Of a stretch of DNA of 64,000 nt, positions 10,015 through 21,959 are shown piece by piece. The notes beneath the pieces were generated by a model. It was given only the letters and a program-made list of their open reading frames with translations. It did not search any database and had not been told where the DNA came from. Position 1 is the first letter of the stretch. Every line of letters begins with the position of its first letter. The DNA comes from Cyanobacteria bacterium P01_A01_bin.123. Lineage in GTDB: Bacteria; Cyanobacteriota; Cyanobacteriia; Phormidesmidales; Phormidesmidaceae. Both the position numbers and the translations under genes were made by a program. The stretch is taken from positions 64,001-128,000 of the forward strand of contig JBCBZT010000003.1 in assembly GCA_039815185.1 (NCBI GenBank), written 5' to 3'.

Positions 10015-10848
10015 ATGAGACGGTTAAAGCTAACAATAGCAAGAACACCATTTTTGGGCTATGCAATTCTCTTGGTTTTTAGAGCAAATCTAGCAATTGG
10101 ATATTTTAAGAAGCCGATTTTAAATTTGCTCAGATGGTTATTGAAGTCCAAAGAAACTACCAATTTCACATTTGATTTAGAAGATCGTAACAAGCGTCAT
10201 CTAGCTTCATTGATTGCAGATGTGGCGAATATTGAATTTGATGTTGTCACTCAATACCTTGAAGAAGTTGAACAAGACGAAATATTAAAAAAACATATTT
10301 CAGATGCAACCGCTAAGAGCGATTGGCAGTTTATCGCAGACAAAGAAGCTCGATTTGGCAGAAGAGTTGGGTGGTATGCATTTGTCAGGGCTTTAAAGCC
10401 CCGAGTTGTAGTTGAAACTGGAGTAGATAAAGGCTTAGGTGCATGTGTTCTAGCATCAGCTCTGAAAAGAAATAAGGAAGAAGGTTATGAAGGTAAATAT
10501 TATGGAACGGATATAAAACCAAAAGCTGGATATCTATTGTCTGGAGACTACGCTGGTTTCGGAACCATTCTATATGGAGATTCGATTGAGTCTTTGAAAG
10601 AACTTGATTGTATGATTGATCTTTTTATTAATGATAGCGATCATTCAGCCGACTATGAAGCTATGGAGTATGAAGTAGTTGCAAATAAGTTATCTGAGCA
10701 TGCGATTATACTTGGGGATAATGCTGATTTTACAGATGCGCTTCTAAACTTTTCGTTGAAAATGAGTAGGCATTTTGTGTTTTTTAAGGAAAAGCCCTTT
10801 GAACATTGGCATCCAGGTGCTGGCATAGGCATCTCTTTTAATAGATGA
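10015..10848 (+). CDS. Class I SAM-dependent methyltransferase (Methyltransf_24-like)
   Basis: KPRVVVETGVDKG, GDS, IDLFINDSDH motifs; AT-rich DNA. Confidence 0.8.
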   Translation: MRRLKLTIARTPFLGYAILLVFRANLAIGYFKKPILNLLRWLLKSKETTNFTFDLEDRNKRHLASLIADVANIEFDVVTQYLEEVEQDEILKKHISDATAKSDWQFIADKEARFGRRVGWYAFVRALKPRVVVETGVDKGLGACVLASALKRNKEEGYEGKYYGTDIKPKAGYLLSGDYAGFGTILYGDSIESLKELDCMIDLFINDSDHSADYEAMEYEVVANKLSEHAIILGDNADFTDALLNFSLKMSRHFVFFKEKPFEHWHPGAGIGISFNR

Positions 10849-11171
10849 AGTACTCCGCAGTGCGCTGTGCCAAAGCTGTTTCATAAAGCACTATCGAGAG
10901 TGGATAAGTTTGCTTCTGGGAGATGTACTCTTATTGATTTTTAGTTAGATCTAGATTCTGAAGCGATTATTTTAGATTAAAGATTGCTCACCAGGCGAGA
11001 GTCATTCTCAAACGTTCTACTTATGGAGAAGGGTATACAAGATGAAAAAAACTAAACTGAAAGATTCTTGTTAATGGGTGGAATACTGAAGATAGGTTCA
11101 CCTTTTAGGTTTTATCTCAAACATTGTTCACAGTTGTGCAATGGCGCTTTCTCCCTCAGCTCCCCTTCACC

Positions 11172-12632
11172 ATGACAAATCAACAGCATTCTCGATCTAC
11201 TATTGAACCCTCTCGGAGGTGGCTGTCAGATATTCGTGCCCCTCGCCGTCTTCGCTTAGATCATTTCCTTTCTTGGCGCTGGCAGCGAGTACTAGTACTA
11301 CTGCTGGGGGATGTGTTAGCGCTGGCAATCGCATGGCAGGTTGCCCGTTACCTTAATCAATTTTATTCGCCTATTCCGGCCCAGCTCGTTTGGTGGGTTT
11401 GGTTGGGTTTACCCAGTCTATTTTGGGTTTTAGCTGTAGCAACGCTAGCCTTATTTGCCCAAAATGGTCTCTATGGTACTAGCATTCAGGTTAAAAATTA
11501 CCTGGCTGCAGGACAAGGGGTAAGCATAGTCTACTTATCCTCCTTGGTGTTGGCCTATTTTTATGACCCCAAGCTTGATCCACCGCGATCGCTTTTCTTT
11601 ACGGCCTGGTTTGGCAGTGTGGCTCTCGTTATCTTGATGCGATTATTGCTCAATGCTGTACTCAAGCAAATTGAACAGACCCACAATCAAGCCAGCGTGT
11701 TTCTGATTGCCCCAGCTCATCGCTTAAAACTTCTCGCAAATACCCTACAGCAACGGGCAAACTACAAAATTGTCGGAGCTGCACTGGCTGCCGCTGCCCA
11801 TACGTCAACTACCCTGCAGGCAATCTTGGACTCTAAGGCTAAAACTGTACTGATCGAAGATTTTCCCGATGCCGATTTAGCCTCCAGCTTTTACTGGAAC
11901 CTAAAACGGGCAGGCATTGCCCTCAACCTGATTCCATCGAGTCGAGAAATGCTGTATCGCCGCGGTGCGCCAGAAGTTTTTGCAGGTATTCCTATTCTTA
12001 GCCTAGAAGCGCCTTTACTCGATGGGCTTGATTATCATGTAAAGCGCTGGATTGATGTGGTGTGTGCAGCTCTGGGTCTACTTCTACTAGCTCCCCTATT
12101 CATGGTGACAGCGATCGCGATTAGGCTATCTTCCCCTGGGCCTGCTTTCTTTCGCCAAGAACGAATTGGTCTACACGGCAAAGTCTTTCAAGTTTGGAAG
12201 TTTCGTACGATGTGTGCTGATGCACCTCAGCTCCAGGCCGCCCTAGAAAAACAAAATCAAACCCAGGATGGGGTGTTGTTTAAAATCAAGACCGACCCAC
12301 GCGTAACTCGCGTAGGTCGGTTGCTAAGGCGCACTAGTCTTGACGAACTGCCCCAACTGTTTAATGTGGTGATGGGGCAAATGAGTTTAGTGGGGCCACG
12401 CCCCTTACCCTTGCGAGATGTAGCGCAGTTTGATCCATGGCACCATACTCGTCATCAGGTCTTGCCTGGAATTACAGGGCTTTGGCAAATCTCCGGCCGC
12501 TCAGATATTGAGAGCTTTGACGATGCGGCTCGACTTGATCTGCACTATATCGACAATTGGTCACTTAACCTAGATTTAGAAATCTTGATGGAAACCATTC
12601 GGATTGTTTTATTTGGCAAGGGGGCATACTAG
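11172..12632 (+). CDS. Initiating undecaprenyl-phosphate sugar phosphotransferase (WcaJ/WbaP-like)
   Basis: N-terminal TM helices, [49 protein letters not shown]. Confidence 0.92.
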   Translation: MTNQQHSRSTIEPSRRWLSDIRAPRRLRLDHFLSWRWQRVLVLLLGDVLALAIAWQVARYLNQFYSPIPAQLVWWVWLGLPSLFWVLAVATLALFAQNGLYGTSIQVKNYLAAGQGVSIVYLSSLVLAYFYDPKLDPPRSLFFTAWFGSVALVILMRLLLNAVLKQIEQTHNQASVFLIAPAHRLKLLANTLQQRANYKIVGAALAAAAHTSTTLQAILDSKAKTVLIEDFPDADLASSFYWNLKRAGIALNLIPSSREMLYRRGAPEVFAGIPILSLEAPLLDGLDYHVKRWIDVVCAALGLLLLAPLFMVTAIAIRLSSPGPAFFRQERIGLHGKVFQVWKFRTMCADAPQLQAALEKQNQTQDGVLFKIKTDPRVTRVGRLLRRTSLDELPQLFNVVMGQMSLVGPRPLPLRDVAQFDPWHHTRHQVLPGITGLWQISGRSDIESFDDAARLDLHYIDNWSLNLDLEILMETIRIVLFGKGAY

Positions 12633-12692
12633 CTCTCTTCCTGCCTGAAGTTCTTCCTTTTTCTGCTGATGCCTGTTGGGCAGTGAGTCTCT

Positions 12693-15290
12693 ATGAAACT
12701 ACAGCCGCTTGCTTGGTTTTCTTCGCTCCGCAAAATTGCTGCCGACAGTGCTGAAGGCACTGCCTGGAAAGGCCAATGGTTGATTGGAATTTGCCTTATT
12801 TTCTTGGTTGTCTTTACCTGGCTTCCCATGAGCTATTTTCGCATGGTGGGATGGCCCTGGATTATCCTATGGCAGCTTGGTTTTTTGTGCGCGGGGGGTA
12901 GCCTGGTCTGGATGCTGCGCCAGTTTAAGTTACCGTTTCGAGGGCTGGGGTATGGTCTGGATTGGTTGATCCTATTTACCAGTTCAGGGCTCTTGTTATC
13001 GGCTGCCCTGTCGAGCTTTCCAACCTTAGCTGCTTGGAATCTAGTGTTAGTGGCTTGCTATGCTCTGGTGTTTTACAGCATTCGGAACTTACTGATTGCC
13101 GCACCGTGCAAAGCCTACGGCTTATGGGCCGGACTAGCCATTAGCATCTCGATTACGGCTGTTATTAGTTTGTCGTACTGGCGACCTGACCCCAGTATGT
13201 GGGTATCGGGTGATTTTGGAGCTGCAATTCGGAATGCTATGCCATTGGGGCATCACAACTTTGTTGGCGGGTACTTCGCGTTGACGCTACCGTTAGTGTT
13301 TTGCTTTGCGATGGCCCAGAAGAACTGGCTAAAGCTACTTTTCACAATAGGCAGTGTCACTGTTCTATTTGCCCTTTATGTGAGTGGTTCACGCGGAGCC
13401 TATTTGGGATTTTTAGTCTATGCATTAGTGGCTATGGCGGTTGCCCTTTTGCGTAGTCGGGGGAGTCAGCGCAAGCGTCTCATGATTGCTTGTTTAGCCG
13501 GGTTGATCATTATTGTGGCTGGCATTGGCACTAATCCCAGGGTTCGAGATTTGATTGGTGGTATTCAAATTAGTCAAGAGACTACAGCAACGGTACAAGT
13601 CGGGGATGGGCCAGCTCGCGATCGTTGGTTTATGCTCAGAACGGCTGCCAATATTTTGCGCGATCGCCCATTACTGGGTGTTGGCCCTGGCAATATGGCT
13701 CGGGTTTCAAACCTTTACAGACCAATCGAAACCGGTACGGGGTTAGATCATGTTCAACAGTTGCATAATACGCCAGCCCAGTTTGTGGGAGAACTCGGAC
13801 TGTGGGGGATCGCAATTTATTTCGGCTGGATTGTGATGTGCGGTCGGTTGTGGTTGCGCGTCCATCAGAAAGACTTGACTACGCGCGATCGCTGGATGCT
13901 CTATGGCATCGGCGGTAGCGTCCTGGCCTATGGCGCGTCAAGTTTGACGGACTATCAGCTCGAAAACATTGGCATTGCGACTGTTTTAACCTTAAACACT
14001 GCCTTGCTGATTTATCTTGCCGATCAATATTTGTCAGATAAACCACAACCTACACCGTCAAAGCGACTACGCCGCATCTATAGCTTGGCAATCTTTGCCT
14101 TCCTAGCGGTTGCCCTCCGTTTTTGGTTGCCAATGGATACGGCTCTTTATTTAGGACATTTGGGTAATCAACAAGAGCGCGCCGATAATTACGTTACTGC
14201 GGATCAACGATGGACAGCTGCGGCAAACTTAATTCCTTGGGATCCAACCTATGATGCGTTAGCTGGAGGCATGCTCTATCAACTGGAAGAATTTGCTGAA
14301 GATGATAAGAGCAAAGAATCGATTCAAGCAGGCATTATTGAGCACTTTCAATATGTCCTCAAAGCAGCGCCTAATGACGTTTGGTTTAACCAAAACTTAG
14401 CGATCGCCTATATGAATATAGGTGATTTAAACAATGCCGAAATCTATGCGGGTCGAACAGCTCAATTACTGACTCGAAATCGAGGATATACTTACTTTTT
14501 GCTAGGGCGAATATATCTCGATCAAGGGAATCTGGAAGCAGCAATCACTGCATTTGCACTGCAAGCCCTAATCGATCCTTCAGTGATCACAATGCCACTT
14601 TGGACGGAATCCCCTTTTTCAGAGATTCATGCCCAAGTGATTTCAAAAACCCAAGCTCTCAACACTGAATTACTCTCATCAATAGGAGAGACAACACCTG
14701 GGTACAGTCGTATCTATGAAAACTGGCTGCTGATAAACTGGTGGTTTAACCAGGAGCTACCATCTAAATTAAAAACTGAACAACTGCGCCCCGTTGTCCA
14801 TGCCTTACTTAAGACAGATTCAGCACCTCAAGAAGCATTAGATATTGTGCAATCGGCGTTAACAGAAACTCCTGATGATGAAGCACTTTTACTCCTTCAA
14901 GCTTGGCTTAGACCTGAGCAATATTTAGATGACTTCTTCAGTGTTGAGGAAGTTAGCCCACAAGAGCAACAGTCTGCAGAAAATCATATTCGAGATTATC
15001 GTAATGCTAAAGCTTGGATTCAGTCTCTTTGGGAAGATAAAGGCAAGCATAATCGTCAGCAGCTTGCTTTAGCCTATCGTAACCAAGATGCACAGAAAAT
15101 TGGCACCTTGCTCTATCCCGATGGGTTACAGGCAAATTCTATCGCGACTCTAATTGACTTATTTCCTGATTACATCCGAGAATTTCCTGAACTTGATCAT
15201 TTATTAGAGCGCGCCAAAATTTCAGACCTTGGACTGCCCCACGTAACTAACAGCAACTTTCAATCAGGAAAGTTAAATTTCTCCAATTAA
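12693..15290 (+). CDS. O-antigen ligase / O-oligosaccharyltransferase (Wzy_C) family protein with a TPR-like C-terminus, copy 1
   Basis: PLGHHNFVGGY, SGSRGAYL, GVGPG, QLHNTPAQ..GELG, LTDYQL; helical-repeat C-terminus. Confidence 0.85.
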   Translation: MKLQPLAWFSSLRKIAADSAEGTAWKGQWLIGICLIFLVVFTWLPMSYFRMVGWPWIILWQLGFLCAGGSLVWMLRQFKLPFRGLGYGLDWLILFTSSGLLLSAALSSFPTLAAWNLVLVACYALVFYSIRNLLIAAPCKAYGLWAGLAISISITAVISLSYWRPDPSMWVSGDFGAAIRNAMPLGHHNFVGGYFALTLPLVFCFAMAQKNWLKLLFTIGSVTVLFALYVSGSRGAYLGFLVYALVAMAVALLRSRGSQRKRLMIACLAGLIIIVAGIGTNPRVRDLIGGIQISQETTATVQVGDGPARDRWFMLRTAANILRDRPLLGVGPGNMARVSNLYRPIETGTGLDHVQQLHNTPAQFVGELGLWGIAIYFGWIVMCGRLWLRVHQKDLTTRDRWMLYGIGGSVLAYGASSLTDYQLENIGIATVLTLNTALLIYLADQYLSDKPQPTPSKRLRRIYSLAIFAFLAVALRFWLPMDTALYLGHLGNQQERADNYVTADQRWTAAANLIPWDPTYDALAGGMLYQLEEFAEDDKSKESIQAGIIEHFQYVLKAAPNDVWFNQNLAIAYMNIGDLNNAEIYAGRTAQLLTRNRGYTYFLLGRIYLDQGNLEAAITAFALQALIDPSVITMPLWTESPFSEIHAQVISKTQALNTELLSSIGETTPGYSRIYENWLLINWWFNQELPSKLKTEQLRPVVHALLKTDSAPQEALDIVQSALTETPDDEALLLLQAWLRPEQYLDDFFSVEEVSPQEQQSAENHIRDYRNAKAWIQSLWEDKGKHNRQQLALAYRNQDAQKIGTLLYPDGLQANSIATLIDLFPDYIREFPELDHLLERAKISDLGLPHVTNSNFQSGKLNFSN

Positions 15291-15320
15291 ACCTTCTTGT
15301 AAGTAAACGTCGATGTTTTC

Positions 15321-17885
15321 ATGTCAACCTCTCCGAAGATATTAGATCAATCTGACGGTAAGCTGCTGGCCATAATTACTGCGATCGCCTATATCTGGCT
15401 AACCTTGATGCCTGGCAGTAACACAATGGTGCTGTTATGGCCTTGGGTTTTTGTTTGGCAAATCAGCTTAGTAATGCCTGTCATTTGGTTACTCTGGCAG
15501 ATTTGGTATCAAAGACCGATATCAGCGTTGAAACTAGGTCATCATTTAGATATATTAGCTGGCCTATTAGGGATTGGAATCATTATTTCGAGTCTGTGCT
15601 CAAAATTTCCTCAATATTCTATTTGGTATGGCTGGGCGACGCTTTGTATGTTGGCCGCACTCTATGCTGTTAAAGGATGGCTAAACTCCCCTGCTCGACG
15701 TCAGTGGATTTTAATGTTTCAAGGTTATCTTGCAGTTTGCTTTATTGTTCTAAGCCTTGTGCTTTGGTTAACCCAAACCTATTTCCCAGAGTTGGATCGC
15801 TTACAAGCATTACAAATAGTAGGCGTTGAGGCAAGATTTGACTTCAGTACTAATAGTCTACGAAATTGGCATCCTCTAGGTCATCCTAATTATGTAGCGG
15901 GTTACTTAGTTTTAGTTCTACCTTTACTTGTTGGATTAGGGATACAGCAGCAAAAGCGGCATCGATGGTTTTGGTTTGTTGCTACTAGTCTGGGAAGCTT
16001 ATGTCTTTATACCACTAGTTCTCGGGGAGCTTGGCTAGCGCTTTTAGTTTTAGGTTTGGTAGGGGCTATCATTGTTGCAATCTACAGTAAAATGCCACGT
16101 CATTTACTAGCAGTACTAAGCCTTAGCAGCGTCATTGTGATGATTACAATGGCTTTAGCAAATAGCCGATTTCGCCCTCTTATCCTTAACCTCATTCAGG
16201 GTAAAGGCAGCGGTGAATTAGGTTATCGAATCATCACAAATGTTGCAGGTTGGCAGATGGGAATCATTTATCCTCTATCTGGTTTGGGGCTAGGGTCAGT
16301 GCCTCAGAGTTATCAGCAATACAGGCCTTTTTGGGCTGGGCGAGAAGCAGAAATGGTATATCAACTCCACAGCACACCAGCTCAACTTTGGGCAGAATTG
16401 GGGGTTTGGGGCGTGTTTATTCCTCTAATGGGAACTTTTCTGATCGGCAGGTTGAGTATTCAATGGATTCAAGAACAACGGGGCGTTAATCAGGACAATA
16501 TATTGATCTGGAGTATTTTAGCAGGGCTATTTTCTTACCTTATCTTTAGTCTTACAGATTATCAGCTCGATAATATTTGTATTAGTGGAATACTCTTAAT
16601 TTACATTGCCGTATTAGCTGATGAATTCAAAGCGCAACAGTTCTCTCAATCTATGCAATTTCCCCATCATTTATACTTCCCTACGGGGCATCGCTATCTG
16701 GTAGGCATAGGTGCTGGTATTACGATCGCAGTCGGGATTTGGCTAATTCCGATTCATCGGGCTTGGGCCTTATCAAATTACGGTTTTTTCGAACTTAGGG
16801 AAGGGAGCACTGAGGCTTTTGTACAGGTCTTATCAAAAGTCCATAGTCTTGTACCTTGGGAGGTTTACTATCCTTATCAACTTGGTTGGAATCTTGGTGA
16901 TTTGAGTTATCAGACTCAAGATCTTGAAGAACAAGAAGATTTGAGAAGGAAAGCAGTAGAGTGGCTTGATATTGCTAATAAAATCTCTCCTTCCCATGAG
17001 TTTGGGCATTCTAACTTAGGTTGGCTATTAATCAATTCAAACCCTAAGGCCGCCACCGAAGAATTTATCAAATCTACTCGGCTTGTGTCAGCTAAGCAAG
17101 GAGTTTTCTTTGGTTTGGGCTTTAGCTTGCTTCAACAGGGGAAAACTGAATTGGCAGTTGAGGCTATGGCGCTTGAGTTAATGCGACATCCCCTGACCTT
17201 AACCAGTCCAATATGGCAGTTGCGGCAATTTAGACCTATTTATAGCGAAATCTTAACTAAATTGGAAGCAAACTATGATGATTTGCTAACTCAGGTATCT
17301 GACTTAGAAACAGATCAATTGATTTATCAACTTAGGGGTGGCCTCTACTGGTGGCAAGGTGATTTTGAGAAGGCGGATGAGGATTGGCAGATGGAAAACA
17401 ACGATTTTTGCCAAATTTTATTAGCGATTTCTCAAGGGCAAGATATTAATCAAGAAATAGATGACTTGCCTGTGAGTCCTGGGACGCTAGCGCTGCAGGC
17501 TTGGCTTATGCCTGAGAATCGGGAACAGCTACTGCGTCAAGCCTGGTTGAGTCGCCCAGAAGCGATTCCGCAACTTGGAGTTGAGTCTCCTACCGGCGAT
17601 GTGGTCGACCAGTTAACTCAAACAATGAGCAGCGCTGAAACGTTTTTTCAATGGCTCAAGATGCTAGCGCCAAACTGGCAACCTCGGAGTCAACGGCTCG
17701 GCTTTGGCGTTCTCATGCGTCATATTGATGGTTCTCTGCCCTCAGACTTTCTACCCAGAATTGAAAATATTCCCATGACAGAGTTTTTTGACATAGTTTT
17801 ACCGTCACCGAACTATTTACCTTCTTGGGATATAGCCTTGCAACCATTAAGGCAAAATCTAATTGATCGCGTCAGCTTTGACTAG
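15321..17885 (+). CDS. O-antigen ligase / O-oligosaccharyltransferase (Wzy_C) family protein with a TPR-like C-terminus, copy 2
   Basis: PLGHPNYVAGY, TSSRGAWL, GLGLG, QLHSTPAQ..AELG, LTDYQL; paralog of the upstream gene. Confidence 0.85.
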   Translation: MSTSPKILDQSDGKLLAIITAIAYIWLTLMPGSNTMVLLWPWVFVWQISLVMPVIWLLWQIWYQRPISALKLGHHLDILAGLLGIGIIISSLCSKFPQYSIWYGWATLCMLAALYAVKGWLNSPARRQWILMFQGYLAVCFIVLSLVLWLTQTYFPELDRLQALQIVGVEARFDFSTNSLRNWHPLGHPNYVAGYLVLVLPLLVGLGIQQQKRHRWFWFVATSLGSLCLYTTSSRGAWLALLVLGLVGAIIVAIYSKMPRHLLAVLSLSSVIVMITMALANSRFRPLILNLIQGKGSGELGYRIITNVAGWQMGIIYPLSGLGLGSVPQSYQQYRPFWAGREAEMVYQLHSTPAQLWAELGVWGVFIPLMGTFLIGRLSIQWIQEQRGVNQDNILIWSILAGLFSYLIFSLTDYQLDNICISGILLIYIAVLADEFKAQQFSQSMQFPHHLYFPTGHRYLVGIGAGITIAVGIWLIPIHRAWALSNYGFFELREGSTEAFVQVLSKVHSLVPWEVYYPYQLGWNLGDLSYQTQDLEEQEDLRRKAVEWLDIANKISPSHEFGHSNLGWLLINSNPKAATEEFIKSTRLVSAKQGVFFGLGFSLLQQGKTELAVEAMALELMRHPLTLTSPIWQLRQFRPIYSEILTKLEANYDDLLTQVSDLETDQLIYQLRGGLYWWQGDFEKADEDWQMENNDFCQILLAISQGQDINQEIDDLPVSPGTLALQAWLMPENREQLLRQAWLSRPEAIPQLGVESPTGDVVDQLTQTMSSAETFFQWLKMLAPNWQPRSQRLGFGVLMRHIDGSLPSDFLPRIENIPMTEFFDIVLPSPNYLPSWDIALQPLRQNLIDRVSFD

Positions 17886-18744
17886 GCGTTTCAGGACTAT
17901 CTAAGTCGGGTTCATCATTGTCGATCTTATATTGCACGGTCGCTCGCCCATTTTGATCAACAATAATTGTGCCGCCCAACTCCTCAATATTTAATACTGC
18001 AATCTGACGGGCTTCATCATCGACAGCACCTGCTAATACTTGAGCCCATGCGGCGATTTGTGCAGGTTTGCTATTAATATCTTGGGCTAGAAATTGAGCA
18101 GTGTTGAGAGAGCGTTCTGCAACTATTTTACCTTCTGGATCTGATGACAAACTTGCCCATTCTGCAGCTTTAAGATGAGATCTTCTAGCTGCTTCACCGT
18201 TACCTAAGAATAACAACTCGTCCACGGCTTTATAGCGCCAAATATAGTAGGAATCAGGCGGTACATCGGGTGCCATTGACTTTAAACCCTGCTCCATTAG
18301 GGTCACAGAAATATCGGGGCGACCTGAGTAAAGTGATACGCTGGTCGACAAAAATAAATAGATTTCGCTGAAAAATGGATCTCGGGCTACAATGTTCTCA
18401 AAAAATAGTGGGCTAGCCAAATAACCTATGCTTCCTCGGGTTTCTCGATCACCAAAATATTGTAAAAAACTCAGATACAAGAAATCGCTAATAACATTTC
18501 TATAACCAAAGCTTGGAGACTGCTTGAGTACTGTAAGATTTGACTTGAGCGCTTGATCTTGAAGCGCGATCCTCGATTTTGAGGAACTATCTACTGACGA
18601 ATTACCTGTCAGGATAGTATCAAGCTTGGCTTTTTGGAATCCCAAGACCCCGAATACGCTAACAATAATAAACAGAGAATAGAGTTTTCGTCTCAAGGGA
18701 AACAACGTTTTCATAAGGTCAGTTTCTAAAAGAGATTTAGACAC
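17872..18744 (-). CDS. Pilin-associated conserved cyanobacterial membrane-anchored protein (sll1696-like)
   Basis: Single N-terminal TM, PSFGYRN...FLQYFGD...DPFF, YYIWRYK motifs; lies directly downstream of pilA. Confidence 0.6.
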   Translation of the reverse strand: MSKSLLETDLMKTLFPLRRKLYSLFIIVSVFGVLGFQKAKLDTILTGNSSVDSSSKSRIALQDQALKSNLTVLKQSPSFGYRNVISDFLYLSFLQYFGDRETRGSIGYLASPLFFENIVARDPFFSEIYLFLSTSVSLYSGRPDISVTLMEQGLKSMAPDVPPDSYYIWRYKAVDELLFLGNGEAARRSHLKAAEWASLSSDPEGKIVAERSLNTAQFLAQDINSKPAQIAAWAQVLAGAVDDEARQIAVLNIEELGGTIIVDQNGRATVQYKIDNDEPDLDSPETPSQS

Positions 18745-19016
18745 CTCATCACTGAGGACTTCATCACTGCTTTAATGAAATAAATGTTTAAGTCCTAACA
18801 CAATGAAGCCCTACAACTTTTGTCAAAATCGTAAGAGAAATCAGTAGCACCAGAGAGACAAAAAACTGTGAAAACTGATTGTGTCATCTCAGTAACTGCT
18901 TTTGGTATGGTTTCAGTCTTGAACAAGCTTCCTGTGTAGACACTACTTTAGTATATTGCAACTCGCTAACAACCCAGAGCATAACTTTTGTGAGTCGCGT
19001 TAAATACTTTGAACAC

Positions 19017-19056
19017 AAAATAAATTAAGGGCAGCTAAGACTAGCTGCCCTTAATT
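19017..19056 (-). terminator. Intrinsic terminator of pilA
   Basis: Perfect 15-bp stem AATTAAGGGCAGCTA/TAGCTGCCCTTAATT (19023-19056), 4-nt loop, followed by TATTTT on the minus strand. Confidence 0.8.
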
Positions 19057-19179
19057 AGAGAGTGCCTGCGTAATGTTTCTGAATCTCCTGAGGCGTATGC
19101 TAGCCTTGGTTTCCAAAGGCTTTACATCTAGACATATGCCTCACATTCACAAAGCACTACATTAACTCAGCCCTTGGCG

Positions 19180-19749
<570 letters not shown>

Positions 19750-19972
19750 TTTAAATGTTGTCTCCTTCAGAGGGATGCGGATAACGGGTGTCTAGCTCCA
19801 TGGTTCTAGGCTACCCACCTGTTTTCCGATCCATATCATTTTGGTTGAAGATCCTTCTAAGCCCCTTCTGATAAGGGCTTAAGTCCTTTTAGGCTGCATT
19901 TGGGATATCCGTATTTTTACGGAAAAATTAGGGATCTCGAACTTTTTCCGCACAGTTTGTCACTTTCTAAAG

Positions 19973-21949
19973 TTAGAGAGGATTCCGCGATCGCCAACCG
20001 GATTCTCGATTAGGAATGGTGGCGAGGTTGGGAAAAGCAGATTTAATGGCGTCGAGACGAGCGTCGGCGGGTTCATCGTTGTAGTTGAACAGGCTTTCAA
20101 AGAAGAAGAAAGAAACGCCAGCATAGGCGCGATCGCGGACAGCATCAATTTGCTGCTGCACAGTTTCAATTGGCATGGGGCTGGTGCGCAACCCCGTGAG
20201 GATGCCCAGGCTGGTGGGGATGCGGCGACGCGCACTTTGGGCCCAAGGCTTGTTCATCTCCCAAATGAAGCGTTCCATGTCACGGCGATAAACCTGGATG
20301 ATCAGCTCGTCGACATAGCCCCGGTTGACCCAAGTCGGCCAGTCTTGCAGGTAGTTGTCGTAGGCGAAGGGATGGGGGTTGGGCGATACGGACAAAATGG
20401 CGTCAGGGCGTCGATTTTTGATCAATTGAGCAATCTCGCCCATAAAGTCGCTGATTTTGTCGGCCCGCCAGCGTACCCACTCGCGGTTGTTGGGGTTGAC
20501 CGGAGGAGACTGACCATCGTGCTCTTGTTGGTAAAGTGCGATGGTGACGGGGTCGTAGCCAAACTCAACCGGGATGCCCATGTGGTCATCGACCTGGAAG
20601 CCATCGATGTCGTAGTTGCGCAGCAACTCATCCACCATGAGTAAGAAGAAGCGCTGCACCTGGGGATGGAAAGGGTTGAGCCAGGCGCGGTTGAAATCTC
20701 CGGCTGGGGTGACATAGGTGCCATCGGCTTTGTGGGTAAGCCAGTCGGGGTGGCGCTCAACCAGGCTGGAGTTTGAGGGGGTCATGTAGCCAAATTCAAA
20801 CCAGGGAATTACCTTGAGTCCTTGGCCATGGCCGATTTCAATCAGCTCTTCAAGCATGTCGCGATCGCCTTGGGTGGCTTCTAACTCGCGATCGCGTTGA
20901 GATCTTTCCGGGTAAGGATACAGTCCTTGTTTGACGCCGATAGTGCGTTCGGCAGCAGCACTGGGGTAAAGGGTGGTGCCCCAGTTCCAAACGGTGGGGT
21001 AGACCGTATTGAAGTTTGCCTCCTTCAGGGTAGCTATCCCCTGTTCTAGGTTTTCACGAGAAAACAATACTTCGCTATCAATGTTAGTTAGCCAAACGCC
21101 GCGCAGTTCTTGGTCGGGAATGGCGGGTGCACCAGCCGTTTGGGGAATGCGAACCGCTTCACTGGGGAGGGAATTGGTCAGGGCCGCGATGGGGGTTGCC
21201 TGACACACCATCGCGGCAACTTCCCCACGGGTGGCAATTTGATTAGGGTCTAAGCGATCTGAAGGGGGGTAGAGCACCAGCGCTGATTGGGCCAGGGTCG
21301 CCGCGACCCCTTCACGGGCAAATTCTGGAATTACAGTGGCATCTGCAAAGTTAGCTTTTAGGGCCGCGATCGCGTTGTTTACATAGGGAAAATCGCGCTT
21401 GGCGGCGATCGCCATCATCACCTCAACCCGACTTAAGGCTTGGTTCAGTTCAAAATAGTTGGCGGGATAATGGGAGAGAAAATTACTGGGGTTGGTAATC
21501 CCTAAGGCATTCGCAGCAGAGTTGGCCAAGGACAAACTATCTGGGTTGAGCCAGGTGATTAAATCTTGCCAGGTGGTTGGGTCATCGGGACGAAATTGGC
21601 CATCGGGGTAGGTATTGGGATTGCCCAAGCGGTTTTGATCCACTAGACCTTGGATGCAGTCTTTGGCCCAGTGGTTGTCAATGTCACGGAGTCGCGGGGG
21701 TGGAAGCAGTTCAAATAGAGACGGATCCAGGTTAGGCGACTCACTGGGTGATGGTTGGTTGGGCTGTAGAATCGGGGGGCTATCTTCGTCAAAGTGAACA
21801 TCCCCTGGGATAGTCGGTGTTTCCTCGGTTTGGGCAATGACGGGCCAGTGGAGGTTACTGCCAATTGCGATCGCAAACGTTAACAAAAACAGGACGAAAC
21901 TCCGTATCCAAAGCTGCCTTAACCCCGCCTTTTGATGCCCCTTAACCAT
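19973..21949 (-). CDS. S-layer homology domain plus GHL10 family glycoside hydrolase
   Basis: DIDNHWAKDCI..YPDGQFRP and ATRGEVAAMV SLH motifs; ELRGVWLTNID, IPWFEFG, DGFQVDDH. Confidence 0.85.
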   Translation of the reverse strand: MVKGHQKAGLRQLWIRSFVLFLLTFAIAIGSNLHWPVIAQTEETPTIPGDVHFDEDSPPILQPNQPSPSESPNLDPSLFELLPPPRLRDIDNHWAKDCIQGLVDQNRLGNPNTYPDGQFRPDDPTTWQDLITWLNPDSLSLANSAANALGITNPSNFLSHYPANYFELNQALSRVEVMMAIAAKRDFPYVNNAIAALKANFADATVIPEFAREGVAATLAQSALVLYPPSDRLDPNQIATRGEVAAMVCQATPIAALTNSLPSEAVRIPQTAGAPAIPDQELRGVWLTNIDSEVLFSRENLEQGIATLKEANFNTVYPTVWNWGTTLYPSAAAERTIGVKQGLYPYPERSQRDRELEATQGDRDMLEELIEIGHGQGLKVIPWFEFGYMTPSNSSLVERHPDWLTHKADGTYVTPAGDFNRAWLNPFHPQVQRFFLLMVDELLRNYDIDGFQVDDHMGIPVEFGYDPVTIALYQQEHDGQSPPVNPNNREWVRWRADKISDFMGEIAQLIKNRRPDAILSVSPNPHPFAYDNYLQDWPTWVNRGYVDELIIQVYRRDMERFIWEMNKPWAQSARRRIPTSLGILTGLRTSPMPIETVQQQIDAVRDRAYAGVSFFFFESLFNYNDEPADARLDAIKSAFPNLATIPNRESGWRSRNPL

Positions 21950-21959
21950 ACCGATTGTC

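Noticed and set aside
19808..19820. GGGTAG upstream of pilA as a SigF-type promoter element
   Set aside because: Plausible from known pilA regulation, but it deviates from GGGTAA and is too short to support alone
20150..20644. Long antisense or alternate-frame ORFs in the track (also 47165-47500, 59973-60314 and others)
   Set aside because: Shadow ORFs overlapping well-supported genes, without motifs of their own
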